Of a stretch of 64,000 nucleotides of DNA, positions 1 to 10,731 are shown piece after piece. The position numbers and the translations under genes were made by a program. This DNA comes from Octopus sinensis (Eukaryota), in assembly GCF_006345805.1 (NCBI RefSeq), contig NC_043008.1:21886001-21950000 (forward strand). The letters are read 5' to 3'. Below the pieces are notes generated by a model. That model ran no database searches, had not been told where the DNA came from, and saw nothing but the letters and a program-made list of their open reading frames with translations. Numbering within the stretch: position 1 is the first letter of the stretch; the number at the start of each line of letters is the position of its first letter.

Positions 1-169
1 TTACTGTAACGTGCTTTTTGCATGACATTGTTGCCCGAAGTTACCGTGGTTTTTTCTGTAAGCTTTTCTTTCCACGGATAAATCTAATCTGTTCCAACCT
101 TTTGCATTATGACATTTCTATGATACACGTTCCCTATTGATCGGTTTCTTCCTTTTTTTCCACGATCCC

Positions 170-257
170 TTTTGATTGAAATTCTACCCCACCCTTCTTT
201 TCTTTCCTCTATATTTTGTCCTCTGTGTTCAGCCCTGTGTGGCCAATAAAGAAACAT
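170..257 (+). mobile_element. 3' stub of a Tx1/L1-like LINE or Tx1-tailed SINE
   Basis: ...TTGTCCTCTGTGTTCAGCCCTGTGTGGCCAATAAAGAAAC resembles the tail at 16890-16955 and the variant-2 SINE B tail; it runs into (TATC)n. Confidence 0.35.
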
Positions 258-283
258 ATCTATTTATCTATCTATTTATTTAT

Positions 284-366
<83 letters not shown>
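258..366. repeat. (TATC)n microsatellite
   Basis: Direct reading. Confidence 0.97.
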
Positions 367-367
<1 letters not shown>

Positions 368-433
368 GTGTGTTCATGTGTGTGTGTTTATTAATAATCA
401 AATTAAAGGTTGTCTCTGGGGTCGAATGTTTCA

Positions 434-435
434 TG

Positions 436-473
<38 letters not shown>

Positions 474-662
474 GTGTGTGTGTGTACATATATATATGTA
501 TGCGTGTGTATTTATGTATGTATACTCATGTTTCCTTTTCTATTTGCCTCTTTGCGTCACCAAACTTGTGTGTGTATTCATCTATGTATTCATATATACC
601 TACATATGCATATACTTATATACATTTATACATATACACAAACACTCGCGTTCGCACGCACG

Positions 663-696
<34 letters not shown>

Positions 697-707
697 CATA
701 CACATCC

Positions 708-740
<33 letters not shown>
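434..740. repeat. Compound (TA)n/(TG)n/(CA)n microsatellite
   Basis: Direct reading. Confidence 0.95.
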
Positions 741-746
<6 letters not shown>

Positions 747-837
747 ATTGAAATGTTTGTTGATGTTGCTGTTGTTGTTGTTGTTGTTATGGTTGACACC
801 CCCCCCACATCTTACCTTGATTTATCGACTGATTAAA

Positions 838-990
838 CACACGTGACCATCCCGTCTTTTTCGGATCCTATTTCGCTACAATATCTGTCCTGTTTTTTTT
901 TTTTTTAATATTTATATGTATTTCTATCAATATAATGTGACTTGCTTTTTATTTCGAATTGGGTGCTATTTTTAGCAGGTCGAATTGCTT
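838..990 (-). mobile_element. Unclassified interspersed repeat family E
   Basis: GTGACCATCCCGTCTTTTT...GCTATTTTTAGCAGGTCG matches the copies at 2250-2450, 18940-19150 and 62740-62930. Confidence 0.55.
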
Positions 991-1163
991 GTGTAGAGGT
1001 GGTTTCGGGTGACACTTAACACTCCTTCACCCTCCACACCCTTTCTCTCCCCCGCCTCTCTTTTTCTCTATATCCCTCTCTCTCTCTCTCTTTCCCTCTC
1101 TCACTCTCTCTAATTTCACCACTCCTACCACTACTGCCACCTCTATCATTACGACCGGCTGCT

Positions 1164-1190
1164 TGCGTCAAGCGTCACGTCACGTCACGC
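1164..1190. promoter_or_regulatory. Cluster of four CGTCA (TGACG) CRE half-sites in CpG-retaining sequence
   Basis: TGCGTCAAGCGTCACGTCACGTCACG; function is not demonstrated. Confidence 0.25.
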
Positions 1191-1484
1191 TGAAAGTATC
1201 AATCAATATATCGATCAGAGGTATTTATGTGTGTGTATGTGTGTGTGTGTGTGTGTGTGTACGTGTGTATTTGCCAACAGACTAGCCAGCCAGCCTGCCA
1301 GTCAGCCAGCCAAGCAATTAAACCACCTGCCGTCTCGCCAACCAGGTAGACAAGCAACTGTCTATAATAATGTATTTGCTCTCAGGGTAGAATACCAAAT
1401 TTGTATTGGCAGCTTGCTAGCTTGCTTGCTCGGCTAGTTGCTTGTTTACTTGGTTGCCCGTGATTGTTGGAAGGCTAGCTGGCC

Positions 1485-2090
1485 GTATGTATGCATGTAC
1501 GTATGTATGTATGTATGTATGTATGTATGTATGTATGTATGTATGTATGTATGTATGTATGTATGTATGTTTGTATGTATGCATGTATGTATGTATGTAT
1601 GCATGTATGTATGCATGCATGTATGTATGTTTGTATGTATGTATGTATGTATGTATGTATGTATGTATGTATGTATGCATGTATGTATGTATGTATGTAT
1701 GGATGGATGGATGGATGGCTGTATGTATGTATGCATGTATGTATGTGTGTATGTATGTATGTATGTATGTATGTATGTATGGATGGATGGATGGATGGAT
1801 GGATGGATGGATGGATGGATGGATGGCTGTATGTATGCATGTATGTATGGATGGATGGATGAATGGATGGATGGATGAATGGATGGATGGCTGTATGTAT
1901 GTATGTATGTATGGATGGATGTATGGATGTATGGATGGATGGATAGATGGCTGGCTGGCCGTATGTATATATGTATGTATGTATGATGTATGTATGTATG
2001 TATGTATGTATGGATGGATGGATGGATGGGTGGATAGATGGCTGGGTGGCTGGCTGGATAGATGGATAGATAGATGGATGGATGGATGGA
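1485..2090. repeat. (ATGT)n/(ATGG)n compound tetranucleotide array
   Basis: Direct reading; source of the MYVC/HTYI/MDGW ORFs. Confidence 0.97.
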
Positions 2091-2249
2091 TTGGTGTGTT
2101 CCCTAACCTTCAGTTTTGCTTTCACCTCTGTCAACATGCTGGCTGTTGCATACATAACTTTACTAACACCTATCTCTCTATCTCTCCTCCCCCTCTCCCT
2201 TTATCTCTCTCTCTCTCTCTCCTCTTTCCACTCTTTCTCCTTATTGTTT

Positions 2250-2450
2250 AGCCCTAGGTCATCCATACCTGACTGAGAGCAAAGCCAATGATCAAAAAAG
2301 GCATCACAGCCACAACCACCCGTTCATTCTATCTCTCAGGCATAGCATATCTAGGATTACATTATCAAATGTACCCTTCTCTTTTGAAAGACAGCAGAAT
2401 GTAATCTAAGGGAAACTAAGCTGCTATTTTCTAGCAGGTCAAGACACAAT
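2250..2450 (-). mobile_element. Family E repeat
   Basis: GTTTAGCCCTAGGTCA...CAACCACCCGTT...GCTGCTATTTTCTAGCAGGTC. Confidence 0.55.
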
Positions 2451-2540
2451 ATAAAAGATCTCACTTTGCTTTCTCCCTTTTTATACATTATTTACATTAT
2501 TTACATTCGACAGATATTTGTCCTCATCTTGTTTGTTGCT

Positions 2541-2586
2541 AACACAACATTTTGGTTGATATACCCTCCAACCTTCATCAGGTGTC
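2541..2586 (-). ncRNA. Minimal type I hammerhead ribozyme motif, degenerate (G12->A)
   Basis: GACAC-CUGAUGA-A-GGUUG[gagggtatat]CAACC-AAAA-UGUU-GUGUU. Confidence 0.6.
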
Positions 2587-2635
2587 TTCGGGAAATTTCG
2601 AACCTGGGTTCTCATTCCTAAGGCATTTTTCAATG

Positions 2636-2691
2636 TTATTATTATTATTGTTATCATCATCATTATTATTATTATTATTATTATTATATTA

Positions 2692-2725
<34 letters not shown>

Positions 2726-2739
2726 ATTATTATTATTTA

Positions 2740-2770
<31 letters not shown>

Positions 2771-2825
2771 CATTATTATTATTATTATTATTATTGTTGT
2801 TGTTGTTGTTGTTGTTGTTATTGTT
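2636..2825. repeat. (ATT)n/(GTT)n expansion inside the left palindrome arm
   Basis: Direct reading. Confidence 0.95.
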
Positions 2826-3034
2826 CTGGTCACTTCTTGGAATCAAACTCAGAATCTTGGGGTTAGTAGCCTGCACTCTTAACCACTATGCCATTTGCCC
2901 TTGGGCATAGTGGTATTGTGGTTTAGAGTGCGGGCTATTATCCCCAAGATTCCAAGCAGTGACCTGAACACTAACAATAATAATAATAATAACTTCGAAG
3001 AATACCTTAGAACCCAGGTTCGAAATTTCCCCAA

Positions 3035-3080
3035 GACACCTGAAGAAGGCTGGAGGGTATATCAGCCGAAATGTTGTGTT
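3035..3080 (+). ncRNA. Minimal type I hammerhead ribozyme motif
   Basis: GACAC-CUGAAGA-A-GGCUG[gagggtatat]CAGCC-GAAA-UGUU-GUGUU; core CUGANGA/GAAA present, stems I and II pair. Confidence 0.7.
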
Positions 3081-3649
3081 AGCAACAAACAAGATGAGGA
3101 CAAATATCCGTCAAATGTAAATAATGTAAATAGTATACATCATTCCTCATTTCTTAAATATAGAACTGTATTCTCTGTTTTTAATTTTGTACTTGTTTCT
3201 TGGTTCTGATTCTTATTTCATAACCTCCCACTCCTCAATATTGTTTATTGTTATTGTTTTCCCATTAGAATTGTTTTTATTTTTGTTGTTGTTGTTAATA
3301 ATTTTGATTCTTTATTGGTGTATCACCAATCGTTATGATTCTTTGATGACCTTTGTATGGTCCGGAATCTTGAGGTTTGTCTTTGTCAGCTTTCTGCTTC
3401 CACAAGTTCCATCCACTTCAAGAGCTCAGCTTTTCTTTAAACTACTGACATTCTCCATGGACCTTACGTGCCCACATCAGAGCAGTTTTCTCTCTTACTC
3501 CTTACATGGAATGCAGTGGTGTGTGGTGGTTGTCGTACTGGGTCTGCCGCTACACACTGTGCTACCAAATTTCAAGGAGAGGTATAACAAAGGCTTTTAA
3601 TTAGATTTGGGATTAAATTAATGAGTAAGACTAATATTTATAATGAATT

Positions 3650-4003
3650 TCCCACTGTGTGGAACTTTAGGCAAGTGTCTTCTGCTATAGCCTCGGGCCG
3701 ACCAAAGCCTTGTGAGTGGATTTGGTAGACGGAAACTGGAAGAAGCCCATCGTATATATACATGTATTTATATGTATATGTATGTGTGTGTATAAGTTTG
3801 TGTAACTGTGTTTGTCCCCGCCCCCAACATCACTTGACAACCAATGCGGGTGTGTTTATGTCCCTGTAACTTAGCGGTTCAACAAAAGAGACTGATAGAA
3901 TAAGTACTAGGCTTACAAAAAATAAGTCCTGCAGTTGATTTGTTCGACTAAAGGCGGTGCTCCAGTATGGCTGCAGTCAAATGACTGAAACAAGTAAAAA
4001 AAG
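3650..4003 (+). mobile_element. SINE family A, 5'-truncated
   Basis: GGCAAGTGTCTTCTGCTATAGCC...GGTGCTCCAGTATGGCTGCAGTCAAATGACTGAAACAAGT. Confidence 0.9.
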
Positions 4004-4485
4004 TTACTGTTTTTTATGGGTGGGTAGTGCACACCGCGCACACCTGGAATGTGTACCCCAGATATTATGCCTCTTACACCCAATTTTTCTCTCATTTATA
4101 CACACATTTCACATCCAGTGGACCATGCTCACTTCATTCCTCTACATCTATTCCAAATTTAACTCAATTAAGGTCCACATCTTACTACCATGCAGCATTA
4201 CATTTTTTTACCCTAACATCATACAATTTGCCCTTCATTCTAAGAATGAAACTCTGCGTTGCAGCTTTACTGATCTCTTCCCACTCTGTTCTAATTCTGT
4301 CAACAATGCTTTCAGCACATCCTTCTTTGTTGATAATTAGATTTACCAACGCGGAAAAGCAATTAGTTTCACATAAGGAGCCTTCTTAGAACCTCTTTAG
4401 TTACTGATAATTTCACCTGCGCACCAGACACATAGGAATTCTAAATTCTTTGACAGTCTAGCTCCAGGTTTGGCTTCTATTTCTG

Positions 4486-4744
4486 CAATCATTCAACCAT
4501 TTTTGGCCTATGGATCCATTTGATTCCTGTTCTATTCTGCTGGATGGACCCTCATAACCATTTGATTTTTTTCAAAATATCCTATTGCATTTTCATAAGT
4601 TAAAATTATTACCAATTGTATAAAAACTGTTAAAACATTTTCTGCATTTTAGAAGTATAACCAATTTATTGAACATGAATTTTAACAAAATCTTATATGG
4701 GCCCCACAAGGACCATATAGACCCTGTTTGAGAACAACTCACTG
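4486..4744. mobile_element. Decayed MITE-like DNA element (hAT-like ends)
   Basis: Ends CAATCATTCAACC / GTTTGAGAACAACTCACTG resemble CAGTGGTTCTCAA-type TIRs; body shared with 63795-63960. Confidence 0.45.
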
Positions 4745-4809
4745 GTCCATAGTTTCTGCTATAAGAACAGCATACAGAAATTTCCTTATGCAGCTGGTCT
4801 TGAACTCCT

Positions 4810-4840
<31 letters not shown>

Positions 4841-5400
4841 CCACCACCACCACCACCATCAATATCATTTAGCGTCTGTTGTCCATGCTGTCATGGATCA
4901 GATGGTTTGACCAAGGCCGGCAAGCTAGAAGGCTGCATCAAACACCAGTCTGATTTGACATGGTTTCTATGGTTGGATACCCTTCTTAATGCCAACCATT
5001 CCAAGAGTGTAATAGGTGCTTTTACACCCCACTGGCATGGGTGTCATTTGTGTGATACCAGTATCTGCCATGACTGTGATTTTGCTCGGCTTGATGGGTC
5101 TTCTTCTCGAGCATGACATAATGTCAAAGGTCTTGGTCATTGCCTCTGTGAGGCCCAACACTCAAAAGGAGCTTTTCACGTGTCACTGGCATCAGCCATT
5201 TTGCCTCCATGAGGCCCAATGCTCAAAAGGTGCCCTTTATGTTTCACCAGCACAGGTGCCAGTTATGTGACACATGCAACAGCCACAATTACGATTTCAC
5301 TTGGCTTCATGGCTCTCTTCAAACACAGTAAGTCATCAAAGGTCTTGGTCATTAGCCATTACCTCTGTGAAGCCCAAAGTTCAAAGATCATGTTTCACAT
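4810..5400 (-). mobile_element. SINE family C / RTE-derived 3' end with (GAT)n tail
   Basis: GGATACCCTTCTTAATGCCAACCA motif; LGLTEAMT... peptide resembling an RTE ORF C-terminus; (CAT)n tail on +. Confidence 0.75.
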
Positions 5401-5560
5401 GACCTTACCAGCACAGTCGACACTCTTGCACACCACATCTGATACCTTTTACACCCAACTTTTCTCTCAAGATGCTTACATTCTGTCGAACATGCACACT
5501 GACATTGCACATCCAGTGAAGCATATTGGCTTCATTCTTTTGTTATTGGTAAACAGAAGC

Positions 5561-5777
5561 AGCAAGCTGGCAGAAACGTTAGCATGCCAGGCTAAATGCT
5601 TAGCAGTATTTTGTCTGCCGTTACGTTCTGAGTTCACATTCGGCCGAGGTTGACTTTGCCTTTCATCCTTTCGGGGTTGATTAAATAAGTACCAGTTACG
5701 CACTGGGGTCGATATAATCTACTTAATCTATTTGTCTGTGCTTGTGTAGCCCTTTGTAGGCAGTAAAGAAATAAGAA
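5561..5777 (+). mobile_element. SINE family B (MetaSINE-like core), variant-2 tail
   Basis: GCAAGCTGGCAGAAACGTTAGC...GCCTTTCATCCTTTCGGGGTTGATTAAATAAGTACCAG...GCCCTTTGTAGGCAGTAAAGAAATA. Confidence 0.85.
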
Positions 5778-6094
5778 GCAGGAATGAGGTACATGGTAGG
5801 GCCTTTTCTCTACATTAAACCTATCACCTTACTAACACAAACACACAGACAGATGGAGAGCAAAGCAACTTGAAAATAAAATCAAAAACAGGAAAAACAA
5901 TAAAATTCAAAAGGAAATACATAGTGATTGTATTAGATTGATCTTCAAAGAAAGTATAACATAAAAAAAAGAATGAGGAAGTGTGATGGTTTGAGAATGA
6001 ACCTTCGTCAAAAAGAGGAAAGAGGAAACAGTCCAGGGAGAAGGAAAAGAATAGTTTGATAAAGGCACAATATATATATATATCATGGCAATGT

Positions 6095-6925
6095 GGTTGA
6101 GTTCCTTTTGAATGTTGGACCTCACAGAGGCAAAGTGGCTGAGTTTCATTCGAGTGTTTGGCCTTAGGGAGGCAAAGTGGCTGAGTTCATTTTGAGCGTT
6201 GGGCCTCATGGAGGTAAAGTGGCTGAGTTCCTTTCAAGTTATTGGGCCTCACAGAGGCAAAGTGGCTGAGTTTTTTTCGAGCGTTTGGCCTCACGGAGGC
6301 AAAGTGGCTGAATTCCTTTTGAGCGATGGGCCTCATGGAGGCAAAGTGGCTGAGTTCTTTTCAAGTGTTGGACCTCATGGAGGCAAAGTGTCTGAGTTCC
6401 TTTTGAGTGTTGGGCCTCATGGAGGCAAAGTGGCTGAGTTCTTTTCAAGTGTTGGACCTCATGGAGGCAAAGTGGCTGAATTCCTTTTGAGTGATGGGCC
6501 TCATGGAGGCAAAGTGGCCGAGTTCTTTTCAAGTGTTGGACCTCATGGAGGCAAAGTGGCTGAATTCCTTTTGAGCGATGGGCCTCATGGAGGCAAAGTG
6601 GCTGAGTTCTTTTCAAGTGTTGGACCTCATGGAGGCAAAGTGTCTGAGTTCCTTTTGAGTGTTGGGCCTCATGGAGGCAAAGTGGCTGAGTTCTTTTCAA
6701 GTGTGGACCTCATGGAGGCAAAGTGGCTGAATTCCTTTGAGTGATGGGCCTCATGGAGGCAAAGTGGCGAGTTCTTTTCAAGTGTTGGACCTCATGGAGG
6801 CAAAGTGGCTGAATTCCTTTTGAGCGATGGGCCTCATGGAGGCAAAGTGGCCGAGTTCTTTTCAAGTGTTGGACCTCATGGAGGCAAAGTGTCTGAGTTC
6901 CTTTTGAGTGTTGGGCCTCACAGAG
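6095..6925. repeat. 42-bp minisatellite (~20 units, alternating 84-bp higher-order repeat)
   Basis: Unit GGCCTCATGGAGGCAAAGTGGCTGAGTTCTTTTCAAGTGTTG; A/B variants alternate. Confidence 0.97.
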
Positions 6926-7085
6926 GCAATGATGGAGACCTTTGGCATTATGCTGTGCTTGAGAAGAAGACCCATCAAGCTGAGCAAAATCGCAGTCATG
7001 GCAGATACTGGTGTCAAGCAAACTGGCACATAAAAGCACCCTGGTGTCATGCAAATGGCATGTAAAAGCACCCATTACTCTCAAC
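6925..7085 (+). mobile_element. Family C/RTE-tail segment continuous with the 42-bp array
   Basis: Reverse complement of 5000-5160. Confidence 0.75.
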
Positions 7086-7290
7086 TAGCTGACAGAATCG
7101 TTAGTACAGCAGGCAAAATGCTTAACAGTATTTCATCTGTCTCTATGTTCTGAGTTCAAATTCTGCCAAGATCAGCTTTGCCTTTCATTCTTATACCAGC
7201 TGAATACTGGTGTCGATGTAATCAACTAGTCCCCCCCTCTTCAAGAATTGCAGGCCTTGTGCTTATTGTAGAAACGATTATTATTCATCC
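7085..7290 (+). mobile_element. SINE family B
   Basis: TTCTGAGTTCAAATTCTGCC...GGCCTTGTGCTTATTGTAGAAACGATTATT. Confidence 0.8.
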
Positions 7291-8119
7291 ACTTTATTCA
7301 CTGTATTTTCTTTTCTGTCTTCCTTCTCCTATTATTTCTCCTTCTCTTCTTTTCTCTTCTCTCCATCCTTTCACTTCATCTTCTTCTAACTTCTTTCTTC
7401 TGTCTTCCTTATCTATCTTTTCTCTACTACTACTTCTGCCATCATATTTCTGTCTTTAAATTCTTCTTTTCTCTACCGTTTTCTTCTGTTTTCCCTTCTC
7501 TCACTCACTCTCTCTGTCTCTGTCTCTCTCTGTCTCTCTCTCTCTTTCTCATTTCTGTCTTTTCCTGTCTGTTACTAATTATGTGTCCTCCAAGGGCAGT
7601 GGATTGAAAAAATCATTAGTGCAAGGAACAAAATACCACACACCTATTCATTCTGACTCTTTGCGCTCTGAGTTCAAATCCCACTAAGGTTAGCTTTGTT
7701 TTTATCCCGCCACCTCCCTGCAGAACTGATATAATTAAGTCCTTTGAAATTCTGGGATCGATGGTAACAACTAACTTCTGCCCTAAATAAGAAATTACTA
7801 TTATTATATTTGTAATCATCATTACTCTCCCCTCACACACTTATGAAAGCATCTGTTCTCTCCTCCTCTCCTCCCATGGCCCTCTGTTTGAAACCTCTCT
7901 TATGCTCACCTTGTGCCTTGAGATTTTGCTCTGATACTCTGTCAGTAACTTCTTTTATCTTCTTCTCCACTATTCCCATCCACCCCTATATAATGTTGGG
8001 TAGACCTGTATCTGCTCTATGACAACACACCTGTCAATCATAATTTAAACCTTTAACACCTGGCATAAAGCCACTCCTGCCCCCTCAAATACTCTCCCCA
8101 CTCCACACTACAAAGACAC

Positions 8120-8335
8120 AATATTGGTTTCAAATTTTGGCACAAGGCCAACAAGTTTAGGAAAGGGAGCAAGTCATTTTACATCCCCTAGTACACAACT
8201 GGTATTTATTTTATTGACCCTGAAGTGATAAAATGCAAAGTCAACTTCAGCAGAATTTGAACTCAGAACATACAGACAAACAAAATGTTGCTGAGGATCT
8301 TGCCCGACGAGCTAACAGTTCTGCCAGCTCACAAC
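8120..8335 (-). mobile_element. SINE family B
   Basis: GCACAAGGCC...GGTATTTATTTTATTGACCC...GAATTTGAACTCAGAAC. Confidence 0.8.
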
Positions 8336-9439
8336 CGTACAAAGACAAAATATCAAAAATACAAAACCAGCAATGTATAGTTTCTTTAATCCTTTAGCAT
8401 TTAGATCTTAAGCATTTATGATCAGACTGGCCAGATCCAGCCCCTTGCATCTGGTTGACAATGTCATTCTAAAAATAAACAATCGCATCATTGTAGTCTC
8501 AAAGCTTTGAGATAATGTCTTGAAAAGAAGCTGAATAAACAAGCATTACATTTGACAAATTAACCTGAATGCTAAAGGGTTAAATTTCTTAAAAACCACT
8601 TGTTGGTTCACCTCACGGTCCCAGCAGACAGCATGGAGAAGGCATTGCCCAGGAGGATAGTGAGAGAGATGCGCTTGAACAGCCACTCTAACTTATGGGC
8701 TTGCATTTGTGGAGAGCCATCTCCACCCTGATAGCAGTGAGCAAAGATGTGGTCCAGGGGCCAAAAACACTGTCGCGGGCTCAACTACAAATCTATCAAA
8801 GAGTAGCTGATACTTAGACAATTTGCTCTCATCAGCCTGATGAACAGTGAAGCATGGGATGGTAGCCAAACACACTGGGTTGCCACAGGAAAAGGTGTCG
8901 AGGTGTTGCAGCATGGAACATTCCAGATGAGAGGCCTACTACCATGGAATGGGAACCCTTAAGTCCAGCCCCACTGAATTCAGCTAGAAAAGAAAGCCTG
9001 CAGTATCTAGGCCAGGCTATATGATCTTGTTGATAATAAAGCATGACCATGGTTCTGTTGAATGGAAAAGGAACTAAAAACTCCCTCAACACTTATATTT
9101 TTCTTTTCCTTTTCCATTTTCCTTGTTCCACTTTACAGTACACATTAAATGGCTGGCATCAGGAAGGGCATCCAGCCAGAGGAACTATTCCAAAGCTGAC
9201 AATGGAACTTAGTCCAGCACCCACCTTCCATGACTCCCCCCTGTGACTCACCTGATGCTGTCAAACTATGATGATGATTTTGTGGTTACTGTTGTTGTTG
9301 TTGTACTTATTATTGTTTTGGGGACAATGAGCTCAAATCCTGATAAGATGAACTTAGCATGTTATCCTTATGGGTGGTCCATGAAAAAGTACCAGTTAGT
9401 CTAACTGGCTGATTCCTCCCTACCATCTGTCCTCCCCAT

Positions 9440-9720
9440 CCTCATTCTCCTCCTCATCATCATCATCATAGTCATTGTCTTCCTCTTCCTCTTCCTCGTC
9501 CCCTTCTTCTTTCTCATCCCCTCCCCTCCTCCTCCTCCCCTCTTCCCCTCCTCCAACTTCCTCCCCTTCTCCTCTATCCTTCCATACTCCCCCTCCCCTC
9601 CTCCTTCCCTTCCTCCTCTCATCTCCCCTCCTTCCCTTCCTCCTCCACTTCATCCTCCCCTCTTCCCCTCTCCCTCCTCTTCCTCACCATCCTCTTCTTC
9701 TTCTTCCTCCTCCTCTGCAT
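9440..9720. repeat. Polypyrimidine (CCT/CTT/CT) low-complexity tract
   Basis: Almost purine-free on + from about 9480 to 9715. Confidence 0.9.
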
Positions 9721-10119
9721 CATCATCATTCTTCTGTCCAACAGCATGTCAATGGATTAAAATGAACTCCACCCCTGCCATCCTGCAAATACATTTAATT
9801 TGGTAACCTTTTTTCTGTGGTTGGATGCCCTTCTTAACTCAGCCACTTCACTGGGTGCATTTTATAGTAACACCAGCACTTTATCAGGTGGTTGATATGG
9901 TTGGTAAAAAGCCAGTCCCACATTCTAAAGAGAGTTAGCAGTGGATATTAGCCACGATGGACTGGGAAGTACCCTGGGCATCATTAAGGGCACTTGAAAT
10001 AGTTTTTTGCTTGAGGACTCTCAGATTGAGTGTTTGTAATAAAGCCCTTGGCCAGACAGGACTATGGTGGGGAGTGGCAGCTTACCTGCTCTGCATAAAT
10101 TCTACAGACTTGGTTGTGT

Positions 10120-10320
10120 TCATCATCTCGGCAACGTTTAACGTCCGTTTCCCATGCTGGCATGGGTTAGACAGCTTGACAGGAACTAGCAAGGCTAGAT
10201 TCCACACCAGGTTGCATAGTATGTTTTTGGTATGTCTTCAAAAGCTGGATGCCCTTCCTAACACCAACCACTTTACAGAGTATACTGGCTGCTTTTTAAT
10301 GTGGAACCAGCACCAATGCT
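10120..10320 (-). mobile_element. SINE family C 3' part
   Basis: ATCATCTCGGCAACGTTTAACGTCCGTTTCCCATGCTGGCATGGGTT...GCTGGATGCCCTTCCTAACACCAACC. Confidence 0.85.
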
Positions 10321-10550
10321 TTTTTAATAATATTTTTGTTGTTTTTGTAAAATCTCAGAAAATAATTAAAAATTCACAATTTTTGTCAAATTATTTTGTT
10401 ATATTTGTCTATCTATCCAACTGTAAGCATTTTAAATATTTCACTAATTTTTTGTTATAACTTGGCAAAAGGGTACATTTTTTGCCAAAAATTGCTAAAT
10501 TTGTTCCCACAGTCTTCTTTATCCACAAACAGAATCCTAGACTTTATACA

Positions 10551-10652
10551 TGCCACCAGTACCAGTCTTTTATACATGGCACCAGCCTTTTATACATGGC
10601 ACCAGCCTTTTATACATGGCACCAGCATCAGTACTTTTTACATGGCACCAGT
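10551..10652. repeat. ~20-bp minisatellite TTTTATACATGGCACCAGCC, ~5 units
   Basis: Direct reading; unit resembles the family C internal motif TTTTACATGCCACCAGCAC. Confidence 0.85.
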
Positions 10653-10692
10653 ACCTAGAACTATAAAAAACTGGACCAGTTTCAGATACCCA

Positions 10693-10731
<39 letters not shown>

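Larger units (their letters stand above)
2483..3137. mobile_element. Head-to-head palindromic retroposon: tRNA-like head + (AAT)n + hammerhead-bearing Penelope-like body
   Basis: Arms 2483-2900 (-) and 2903-3137 (+) are reverse complements around GCCCTTGGGC; A box TGGCATAGTGG (- strand 2893-2883) and B-box-like AGTTTGATTCC (- strand 2849-2839). Confidence 0.8.

Noticed and set aside
176-2251. Long ORFs such as [16 protein letters not shown] and YLSIYLSI (and many like them across the window)
   Set aside because: Translations of tetra- and dinucleotide microsatellites, which lack stops by composition
3441-3588. + strand exon GPYVPTSEQF...ATKFQGE
   Set aside because: An in-frame stop lies just upstream and there is no good acceptor; the - strand looks like a decayed RTE C-terminus
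6199-6744. 181-aa repeat protein (GPHGGKVAEF...)
   Set aside because: The frame stays open because the 42-bp unit is divisible by 3; the unit derives from a retroposon and there are no gene signals
8630-9070. Possible Tx1/L1 ORF2 remnant (similar doubts for 27040-27400, 46300-46900 and 54240-54600)
   Set aside because: Unique-looking and stop-ridden, with no diagnostic motif I could confirm; needs an HMM search
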